Below, piece by piece: positions 25,443 to 32,000 of a stretch of 32,000 nucleotides of DNA. The position numbers and the translations under genes were made by a program. The stretch lies in the NCBI RefSeq assembly GCF_049243625.1, contig NZ_CP046975.1; one strand, written 5' to 3'. The stretch is from Corynebacterium amycolatum. Its GTDB lineage: Bacteria > Actinomycetota > Actinomycetes > Mycobacteriales > Mycobacteriaceae. Below the pieces are notes generated by a model. It did no database searches, was not told where the DNA came from, and was given only the letters and a program-made list of their open reading frames with translations. Position 1 is the first letter of the stretch; each line of letters begins with the position of its first letter.

Positions 25443-26282
25443 TTAGCGGTTCTTGCGGGCGATGCGGGTAGCAGCGACACCGCCGACCAGAAGAACCAGA
25501 GCGGCTCCGCCCAGGGTGGTGGCGTCAACGCCGGTGGCTGCTAGGCCAGTGCTCTGAGTGGAAGAAGCCTTCTTGGACTCAGAGTTATTCTGCTCAGACT
25601 TCTTGGAGTCTGAAACCTTCTTTACGTTCTCGGAATAGGTCGTCTTCTTGGACTCGGACGCCTTCTTCTCAGCCTTTTCCTTGGCCTTCTTCTCTTCCTT
25701 CGTGCACTTGTTTTCGTTCTTGCACTCAGCAGAGATCTTGATGTCAACGTTTACCTTGACATCCTTGCCGTCTTTGCCCGGTTTGCCGTCCTTGCCTGGC
25801 TTGTCAGTATCCGGCTTGTCCTTGCCTGGCTTGTCAGTATCCGGCTTCGTCTCGTCCTTGACGCAGGCACCGAAGACGTTCGGGTTGCCCGGAACTGGCT
25901 TGCTCATGTCGAAGTGCTCGCCCTCCGGGCACTGCTTATCAGAAATACCTGGGTTTCCGAGGTTGCCGGGCTGGGACTCATTGTTGCCCGGCGTTTCAGG
26001 CTTAGGGGCTTCCTTGTCCGCGACGCACTGGAAGGTTCCGCCGACGTTTTCAAAGTGCTGGCCGTCTGGGCACTTGTCCGGCATTGGGGCCGGAATTCCG
26101 TCAGCGGAATCCTGCTCAGGCTGGTCTGCAACGCACTGGAAAGTGCCGTCGACGTTTTCAAAGTGCTGGCCGGCGGGGCACTCGGTCGGCATTGGGGCCG
26201 GAATCTGTGCAGTAGCGATGCCTGCGCTTGCAATCATGCTGGCGGAGAAGGTGGCGGCGATAGCCGTAGTGAACTTCTTCAT
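25443..26282 (-). CDS. Secreted cell-wall-anchored protein, LAATG sorting signal, two-cysteine CPxG repeat modules, Lys-rich stalk
   Basis: Start ATG 26282 (MKKFTTAIAATF...) has a GGGAGG RBS 5 nt upstream; the ORF-track start at 26303 has none. Signal peptide ends IATA|QIP. LAATG (25530-25544) is followed by GGAALVLLVGGVAAT and RIARKNR. Paralog of 24188-24919. Confidence 0.85.
   Translation of the reverse strand: MKKFTTAIAATFSASMIASAGIATAQIPAPMPTECPAGQHFENVDGTFQCVADQPEQDSADGIPAPMPDKCPDGQHFENVGGTFQCVADKEAPKPETPGNNESQPGNLGNPGISDKQCPEGEHFDMSKPVPGNPNVFGACVKDETKPDTDKPGKDKPDTDKPGKDGKPGKDGKDVKVNVDIKISAECKNENKCTKEEKKAKEKAEKKASESKKTTYSENVKKVSDSKKSEQNNSESKKASSTQSTGLAATGVDATTLGGAALVLLVGGVAATRIARKNR
25788..25850. 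repeat. Perfect 30-bp tandem repeat (2 copies) encoding KPDTDKPGKD
   Basis: CTTGCCTGGCTTGTCAGTATCCGGCTTGTC at 25791-25820 repeats at 25821 onward. A degenerate GKPGKDGKD continuation lies at 25760-25790. Confidence 0.92.
26016..26204. repeat. 108-bp (36-codon) in-frame tandem repeat encoding IPAPMP..CP.GQHFENV.GTFQCVAD
   Basis: ACGCACTGGAA(G/A)GT.CCG.CGACGTTTTCAAAGTGCTGGCCG...GGCATTGGGGCCGGAAT occurs at 26023 and 26131. A related copy lies in the other gene at about 24770-24850. Confidence 0.9.
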
Positions 26283-26585
26283 GAAAACCTCCCAAGGAGT
26301 CAAACGGTCAGAGACCGATGAATATGATTTCGCCGTTCATCCCTCATCGTGCACGGCGGAAAATAAAACCAGGCCAACTGCGGTTAACTAGGTTCATGGC
26401 TAACCATAAACTGGTTGATATATGCATGGCATTGGAAGTAGTTATAGGGATAACTCTAGGTGTGTAGTGGCACACTTTGACCTGCTGTAATGCTGCCGGT
26501 TTGCAATTTAGTTTGCACCATTTCGGGGGAGGCGTGCACTAGGATCGTCCTTAGTAAAAGTTGGCTATTGGCGTTACTTGTCTGT

Positions 26586-26605
26586 TATCTACCTGGCGGT
26601 AGATA
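26586..26605. promoter_or_regulatory. Perfect 20-bp palindrome, candidate operator
   Basis: TATCTACC-TGGC-GGTAGATA: 8-bp perfect arms with a 4-bp centre, in the AT-rich divergent spacer between the LAATG gene and ffh. Confidence 0.3.
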
Positions 26606-26887
26606 GGTTGTGTAAACGTTCTTTATGCAGTGGGACAACCCTGTCTTAGGTCGTGTTTAATTGTCACGTTAAAATAATGAATAGTAATTTAACGTTCCCG
26701 AGAATAAAAGAGCTTCACTCTATTGCCGATTTCTACTTCCTATTGGTTACACCCGAATCGGGGTGTTTAGGGTGGATGGGATGCAATTGTTGTCGATAGG
26801 CGAAGCTGTAGATATGTGCCAAACGGAGTAGCCAGCGGGTACGGTAGAACAGTTAAGAAAAGATAAGGCAAAAGGGGAGCTGGAAAC

Positions 26888-28483
26888 TTGTTTGAGTCTC
26901 TTTCCGATCGTTTGACGGGTGCCCTGCGGGGGCTGGGCGGGAAGGGTCGCCTGACTGAGGCGGATATTAACGCCACCGCCCGCGAGATTCGGCTGGCTCT
27001 TCTGGAAGCCGATGTCTCCCTTGAGGTTGTCCGTACCTTCATCAAGCGCATCAAGGAACGCGCTAACGAAATTATTGGCAGCCAGACGGTCAACCCGGCC
27101 AACCAAATCATTGAGGTTGTCAATGAGGAACTGATCAACATCCTCGGTGGCGAGACTCGACGTCTCAATATGTCGAAGCAGCCGCCAACGGTTATCATGC
27201 TGGCCGGTCTGCAGGGTGCTGGTAAGACCACCTTGGCCGGTAAATTGGCCAGGTACCTCACGGATCAGGGGCACACCCCAGTTCTCGTCGCCTGCGACCT
27301 GCAGCGCCCAGGTGCGGTGCAGCAGCTGGAAATCGTGGCTGAGCGTGCAGGCGTGCCGTGCTTCGCACCGTTCCCGGGCACCAGCCTCGATTCCACCCAT
27401 GAAATGGGCACCAGCGAGGACAACCCAGTTGACGCCGCGTTCCGTGGCCTCGCTTATGCTCGCCAGCATCGCCACGATGTGGTGATTATCGATACCGCAG
27501 GTCGCCTGGGTATCGATGAGGTTCTGATGAAGCAAGCCCGCGATATTCGCGATGCCATCAACCCGCATGAAGTTCTGTTTGTCATCGACTCCATGATTGG
27601 TCAGGACGCGGTAGAGACCGCCAAGGCCTTCCGAGATGGCGTTGACTTCACCGGTGTTGTACTGACCAAGCTCGATGGCGACGCGCGCGGTGGCGCTGCA
27701 CTGTCTATCCGTGAGGTCACAGGTAAGCCGATTCTGTTCGCCTCCACGGGCGAGAAGTTGGAGGACTTTGACGTCTTCCACCCAGACCGCATGGCCAGCC
27801 GCATCCTGGGCATGGGTGACCTGAAGACGTTGGTTGAGGTCGCTTCCAAGGAAATTGATCATGAGCAGGCTGCAAAGTCTGCCCAGAAGATTGGTTCGGG
27901 CGAGTTGACTCTCGAGGACTTCCTCGAGCAGATGATGATGGTCCGCAAGATGGGCCCAATCGGCAACATCCTCAAGATGCTCCCCGGCGGCGCGGAAATG
28001 TCCAAGGCCGCGGAAATGGTCGATGAAAAGCAGCTTGACCGCATCGAGGCGATTATCCGCGGTATGACTCCGGAAGAGCGCGAGAATCCGAAGATTCTGA
28101 ACGCTTCACGACGTCGTCGTATCGCCAACGGTTCCGGTGTGTCTGTTTCGGAGGTTAACCAGCTCATCGAGCGCTTCAATGAGGCACGCAAGATGATGGC
28201 TCAGATGGCCGGTCGTTTCGGTATGGGCGGTGGCCGCCCATCGAACCGCAAGGCCAAGCGTGGCCGAAAGGGCAAGGGCAAGAATAAGCGCAAGGGCGCT
28301 AACCGCGGCCCGACGCCGCCGAAGGCAATGCGCGGTGGCGGAATGCCCGGTATGCAGGGCATGCCGGGGATGCCTAGCATGGCCGAGCTGCAGAAGCTAC
28401 AGAAGCAGATGGGCAACCAGCTGCCAGAAGGCATGGAGGGCTTTGACCTCAATAATCTCGACTTCGGGCAGGGCAAGAAGTAG
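26888..28483 (+). CDS. ffh: Signal recognition particle protein Ffh
   Basis: TTG start giving the canonical MFESLSDRL, with GGGGAG 8 nt upstream. GLQGAGKTTLAGKLA, DTAGRL and TKLDGDARGG. Met-rich M domain and a basic/Gly-Met-rich tail. Length 531 aa. Confidence 0.96.
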   Translation: MFESLSDRLTGALRGLGGKGRLTEADINATAREIRLALLEADVSLEVVRTFIKRIKERANEIIGSQTVNPANQIIEVVNEELINILGGETRRLNMSKQPPTVIMLAGLQGAGKTTLAGKLARYLTDQGHTPVLVACDLQRPGAVQQLEIVAERAGVPCFAPFPGTSLDSTHEMGTSEDNPVDAAFRGLAYARQHRHDVVIIDTAGRLGIDEVLMKQARDIRDAINPHEVLFVIDSMIGQDAVETAKAFRDGVDFTGVVLTKLDGDARGGAALSIREVTGKPILFASTGEKLEDFDVFHPDRMASRILGMGDLKTLVEVASKEIDHEQAAKSAQKIGSGELTLEDFLEQMMMVRKMGPIGNILKMLPGGAEMSKAAEMVDEKQLDRIEAIIRGMTPEERENPKILNASRRRRIANGSGVSVSEVNQLIERFNEARKMMAQMAGRFGMGGGRPSNRKAKRGRKGKGKNKRKGANRGPTPPKAMRGGGMPGMQGMPGMPSMAELQKLQKQMGNQLPEGMEGFDLNNLDFGQGKK

Positions 28484-28501
28484 CTGGGGCAAGAAGTAGC
28501 T
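28471..28501. repeat. Perfect 15-nt direct repeat spanning the ffh stop codon
   Basis: GGGCAAGAAGTAGCT at 28471-28485 (contains ffh TAG 28481-28483) and again at 28487-28501. The second copy reaches the convergent acyltransferase stop codon (28500-28502). Confidence 0.95.
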
Positions 28502-30650
28502 AGCCCCGCAGGCTCTCCTGGATCTGGCGGCCCATTTCGGCACTGAAGGTGGCCGCTAGTTCATCGGTGATGTGATTGCTGTCGCGGTAGACGTAGATAT
28601 TACCGATAACATTGCGGCAGGTAGTCGGGCCACAGAAGATGTCGGAAAAATCTAGACTGTGCCCGTTGGGGAAGTTTGCAAGAATTTCCTCAGCGGGATT
28701 TTCTGCATTTAGAGCAGTTTTGCGGTGGATGGTGCAATCTTCGTTCGCTTCGTCGCACACGCTTGGGGAGAACTGACTCAAGTCCTCCCGTAGCGCCCAC
28801 GGGTTATCGCGGATTGCGAAGAAATCAATTTCGCGTTCTTGTAGAGCAGTGAAAAACGAGACATAGCCATCCGGCGTATAGTCGCCGGGCTGCGGTGGGT
28901 CCGCCTGGAATAAGGGCCTGGTCGAGGTGGTGAAAACCATCTCTGGCTGAACCTCGTCAATTTTCTGCAGTGCCTCGAAAGTCCAGGGCACGCAGATGTC
29001 GCCGACTCCGTGGATTGGTTCTAAAGTCGCTGGACAGCCCTGTCGAAGGAGAACGACCACTCGGTAACCGTGCTTCTTGCCGTAGGCATCAATTGGGGCG
29101 AACCAGTGTTCCATGTGCGAGCCCCCGATGATGACAATCGATTCACTAGCATCCGGGTCACCGTAAACACACGGTTGGGTCTCATCGCGCCAACGGCGAT
29201 TCGGCGGGAAATACCCGACGTCTTCGCCGCCTGTCACAAGGCAACCATCGAGGGCGGGTTCCGGCCAGAGGTCAGTGATGAAATCGGTATTCGGCTTTGT
29301 GGCTGCCTTCGGCACCTCGTACCCGTCGGTAAGCGCGAGCGCACCTGGATAGACCATTGGATCTAGGCTGGTGGCAGAGGCACGATTGACGCGCAGCTGC
29401 TGCACGTTGACAAGGCTGGTCATGCCAACCAACGCAATGATTACAACAGCGCCGGCTACCGCTTGGCGACGAGCCGGGTGACGATGCTTAATTGCGTGGA
29501 TTGCATCGCCGACGACGGGCTGAGTCCGGGTCGGTCGGCGAGTCGATTGAGCCAGTGGCAGCTCGACATACTTGTTGGTGAGCTTGGCCAAAATGAAGGA
29601 AACGACAATCACTGCGGTGCCAAGCTTCAACCCCGGAGTATCGCGGTTGAGGTAGTTTATGGCCAGGATGAGAAGAGGCCAGTGCCACAGGTAGAGCGCG
29701 TAGGCGCTCTGGCCTATCTCGCGCATTGGGCGGCTGGCCAGGAACTTGGAGATCCAACCCGCCTCGGGGCCAGCGATAATAATCAGCGCAGCACCTCCGA
29801 GGGGCCATAGTGTCCAAGGGCCTGGGAACTGTGCGGCACCGTCGAAGATGAAACCGGTGGAGACCACCAGTGCGAGGCCGATGCCTGCTAACAGCACTCG
29901 TAGAGGCGTGGGCATGGGGATGGAGCCCCGGACAAGAATCAGTCCGAGTAGTGCGCCGAGGCAGAGTTCCCAGAGGCGGCTGACAGTGGAGTAGTAGTTC
30001 CACCCCTGGTTCTCGGAGTGCATATAGAAGGCATAGGCAAGCGAGCCGAGAGTGATAACTGCCAGCAACGGGGTGAGGATTCGGCGGAGTCTACCGCCAG
30101 TAGCGTCGGTACGCTTCGCCTCCACTGGTGAGGTGACAGTCCCGACAATCCGGGATGAGCGCGTCATCCAGGCGAGTAGGGAGATGAGCAAGATTGAGCC
30201 GAGGTAAAACTGACCCTGCACCGACATTGACCACAGGTGCTGCAGTGGGGAAGTTTCGCTCTCTGCGGCAGCGTAGTCCGAGCCCTGGAGTGCCAGTTCA
30301 TAATTTTGGTAGTAGAGCAGGCTGGCGCGGAGTTGCTGGGCAATGTCAATGGTGCGAAGCGATGGAATGAAGTAAATGACAAACAGGGTTGTCGCGAAGA
30401 GGACCAGCACCAGTGTCGGGATTAGGCGACGCAGCGTGCGCCAGATGCTCCACCACGGATTGATGGACTGCCGGGGATTGATGGCATTGCGGTACTGCGC
30501 GCCGAAGAAGAAAAACCCGGAGAGCAAGAGGAATACGTCCACACCACCGGAAACGCGACCGACGTAAACGTGGAAAAGGACTACGAGGGCAATTGAAATG
30601 CCCCGTAGTCCGTCCAAGTCATACCTATACTGGGTGCCGGTGGTTTTCAT
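28500..30650 (-). CDS. Membrane acyltransferase (Acyl_transf_3 domain) fused to a C-terminal SGNH-type domain
   Basis: N-terminal LDGLRGISIALVVLFH plus about 10 predicted TM helices. A further TM follows, then a ~300-aa extracytoplasmic domain (IIGGSHMEHW, DSNH near the C-terminus), as in OafA/YrhL-type O-acyltransferases. Length 716 aa. Confidence 0.88.
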   Translation of the reverse strand: MKTTGTQYRYDLDGLRGISIALVVLFHVYVGRVSGGVDVFLLLSGFFFFGAQYRNAINPRQSINPWWSIWRTLRRLIPTLVLVLFATTLFVIYFIPSLRTIDIAQQLRASLLYYQNYELALQGSDYAAAESETSPLQHLWSMSVQGQFYLGSILLISLLAWMTRSSRIVGTVTSPVEAKRTDATGGRLRRILTPLLAVITLGSLAYAFYMHSENQGWNYYSTVSRLWELCLGALLGLILVRGSIPMPTPLRVLLAGIGLALVVSTGFIFDGAAQFPGPWTLWPLGGAALIIIAGPEAGWISKFLASRPMREIGQSAYALYLWHWPLLILAINYLNRDTPGLKLGTAVIVVSFILAKLTNKYVELPLAQSTRRPTRTQPVVGDAIHAIKHRHPARRQAVAGAVVIIALVGMTSLVNVQQLRVNRASATSLDPMVYPGALALTDGYEVPKAATKPNTDFITDLWPEPALDGCLVTGGEDVGYFPPNRRWRDETQPCVYGDPDASESIVIIGGSHMEHWFAPIDAYGKKHGYRVVVLLRQGCPATLEPIHGVGDICVPWTFEALQKIDEVQPEMVFTTSTRPLFQADPPQPGDYTPDGYVSFFTALQEREIDFFAIRDNPWALREDLSQFSPSVCDEANEDCTIHRKTALNAENPAEEILANFPNGHSLDFSDIFCGPTTCRNVIGNIYVYRDSNHITDELAATFSAEMGRQIQESLRG

Positions 30651-30948
30651 AGAATGTTACGTTACCGCACTGTCAACGACGTTCAGCTTTAGTGGGTATG
30701 CAGAGTTTCGAGTGCGCAGTTTTGTTAATTTCCAAAAACTGCTGGTAACATACCTCGAGTTGCCTCAATGAGAATCCTCAGCTGAGGCACGACTGCGAAT
30801 TCATCGGATCCGGCCACGGCCGCCCGGTGGTCACGCGCAGTGTAAATATCCCAAGGGCAAAACCGGTTCAAGGCACCTCGTTAGTAATTACTGGTGAGCT
30901 TGGATGCATAAGTATTGTCCAGTGACATAGAAGAAAGAGGAACTCCTC

Positions 30949-31431
30949 ATGGCAGTCAAGATTAAGCTGCAGCGCCTGGGTAAGATTCGTACTGCTCAAT
31001 ACCGCGTTGTCGTTGCTGATGCTCGTACCCGCCGCAACGGTGCGGTCATCGAGAACCTGGGTATCTACCAGCCGAAGGAAGAGCCGTCGATCATCAAGAT
31101 TGACTCCGAGCGCGTTCAGTACTGGCTGGGCGTCGGTGCACAGCCGACCGAGCCGGTTCTGGCTCTTCTGAAGGTCACCGGCGACTGGCAGAAGTTCAAG
31201 GGCCTCGAGGGTGCTGAGGGCACTCTGAAGGTTGCTGAGCCGAAGCCGACCAAGCTCGAGCTGTTCAACAAGGCTCTGGAAGAGGCCAACAACGGCCCGT
31301 CCGCGGAGGCCATCACCGCTAAGCGCCGCGAGGCCAAGGAAGCAGCTAAGGCTGCTAAGGAAGCTGAGGAGGCCGCAAAGGCTGCCGAGGCTGAGGCTGC
31401 TGAGTCCGAGGCTTCCGAGGACGCCGAGTAA
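30949..31431 (+). CDS. rpsP: 30S ribosomal protein S16 with Ala/Lys/Glu-rich C-terminal extension
   Basis: [31 protein letters not shown]. Strong RBS AAAGAGGA. Length 160 aa, as in other actinobacteria. Confidence 0.97.
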   Translation: MAVKIKLQRLGKIRTAQYRVVVADARTRRNGAVIENLGIYQPKEEPSIIKIDSERVQYWLGVGAQPTEPVLALLKVTGDWQKFKGLEGAEGTLKVAEPKPTKLELFNKALEEANNGPSAEAITAKRREAKEAAKAAKEAEEAAKAAEAEAAESEASEDAE

Positions 31432-31464
31432 TAAGGACGCTGAGTACGCCGCTTAGCTAATCCG

Positions 31465-31511
31465 GGCGCTACCTTATACTTCAAGACGAAGTGTTGGGTG
31501 GCGCCTTTTTG
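31465..31511 (+). terminator. Intrinsic terminator after rpsP
   Basis: GGCGCTACC (31465-31473) pairs with GGTGGCGCC (31497-31505). An inner stem (31476-31482 with 31488-31494) closes a 5-nt loop. TTTTT follows at 31506-31510. Confidence 0.75.
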
Positions 31512-31574
31512 CTTTATGCGGGTGTTTTACAGAGCCTTTATAAGAGAGGGAGTGTGCGCGTGTCGGTAGCTGAC

Positions 31575-32000
31575 ATGGTGCTTATTGGCCGAGTGATTAA
31601 GCCCCACGGTGTGCGCGGGGAAGTCGTCGTTGATGCAACAACGGATGACCCGGAAGGGCGTTTCGCAGTCGGAACCACGCTGTTGGGTGTACAGGCGGGC
31701 CGTGAAGAACAGCTGACTGTGAAAACGGCGCGTCCGCACCAGGGCCGTCTGCTGGTTCGCTTCGAGGAGATTCCGGGCCGCAATGAGGCCGAGCGTTATC
31801 GGGGCATGAAGTTTTATGCCGAACCCGTCTTCGAAGACGAGGGTTTTTATGACTTTGAACTCGAAGGCCTGCGCGTTGTCCGCAACGGCACCGATATCGG
31901 CGAGGTCACTTCTATCGTCCGTGCTCCCGCTCACCGTCTCCTTGAAGTCACGCTTGACGGAGGCGGCCGGGAGGTACTTATTCCTCTGGTAGAGGAAATC
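31575..32000 (+). CDS. rimM: Ribosome maturation factor RimM (3' end outside window)
   Basis: The frame is open from ATG 31575 to the window end, with an in-frame TAG at 31566. MVLIGRVIKPHGVRGEVVVDATTDDPEGRF is the canonical RimM N-terminus. It is absent from the ORF track only because no stop lies within the window. Confidence 0.9.
   Translation, partial: MVLIGRVIKPHGVRGEVVVDATTDDPEGRFAVGTTLLGVQAGREEQLTVKTARPHQGRLLVRFEEIPGRNEAERYRGMKFYAEPVFEDEGFYDFELEGLRVVRNGTDIGEVTSIVRAPAHRLLEVTLDGGGREVLIPLVEEI

Noticed and set aside
25760-25800. GKD-GKP-GKD-GKD stretch as a collagen-like triple-helix motif
   Set aside because: Only about four G-X-Y triplets, far too short for a collagen-like domain. Better described as part of the Lys/Pro-rich stalk repeat.
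25648-26391. 247-aa plus-strand ORF (and 25914-26321) antisense to the LAATG protein gene
   Set aside because: The translation is a Leu/Ser/Gly/Phe low-complexity mirror of the Lys/Pro-rich repeats. The minus-strand reading has a signal peptide, RBS, sorting signal and terminator.
26747-27862. 371-aa minus-strand ORF antisense to ffh, extending into the upstream spacer
   Set aside because: It overlaps the N and G domains of Ffh, which are unambiguous. No motif and no RBS; a high-GC antisense artefact.
1-32000. Looked for CRISPR arrays, rRNA/tRNA genes, IS elements, integrases, toxin-antitoxin pairs or known defence-system genes
   Set aside because: No repeat-spacer periodicity and no cloverleaf-capable tRNA. 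No DDE, tyrosine or serine recombinase motifs in any ORF, and no small gene pairs. Every large ORF is explained by a housekeeping assignment, except the two surface-protein genes.

Overview
This is a core-chromosome segment of a high-GC actinobacterium, Corynebacterium-like. From memory, the gene order matches the M. tuberculosis Rv2985-Rv2907c block and the C. glutamicum recG-smc-ftsY-ffh block. All calls come from motifs read in the ORF translations; no searches were run.

Twenty-seven protein genes are packed almost gap-free:
- the 3' part of a Pnkp-type polynucleotide kinase-phosphatase/ligase
- a MutT1-like Nudix/His-phosphatase, gpsA and ddl
- a membrane protein with two tandem DUF3515-like domains
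- thiL, ung, DAK2/YloV and recG
- an orphan biotinyl-domain protein, rsmD and coaD
- a SepIVA-like DivIVA protein, YceD/DUF177, rnc and mutM
- a Na+/alanine symporter, acyP, amt, smc and ftsY
- two surface-protein genes
- ffh, an AT3-SGNH acyltransferase, rpsP and the 5' part of rimM

I saw no rRNA, tRNA, CRISPR array, transposase or integrase.

The one clearly accessory stretch is 24.0-26.9 kb, between ftsY and ffh. Related actinobacteria carry amtB-glnK-glnD there. Here the interval holds two opposite-strand paralogous genes for secreted proteins with LAxTG sorting signals (class-E sortase type). They are built from a two-cysteine CPxG.HF...C mini-module that I cannot assign to a named family, and they carry internal tandem repeats. 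Each has its own terminator and an AT-rich spacer.

Other points worth a second look:
- amt sits alone upstream of smc, with no glnK or glnD in the window.
- The DUF3515-like domain is duplicated in tandem.
- Pnkp has no Hen1 gene downstream.
- A stand-alone biotinyl domain carries AVKL instead of AMKM.
- A perfect 20-bp palindrome lies in the ffh-upstream spacer.
- Short direct repeats span the stop codons of ffh, amt, rpsP, rsmD and one surface-protein gene.
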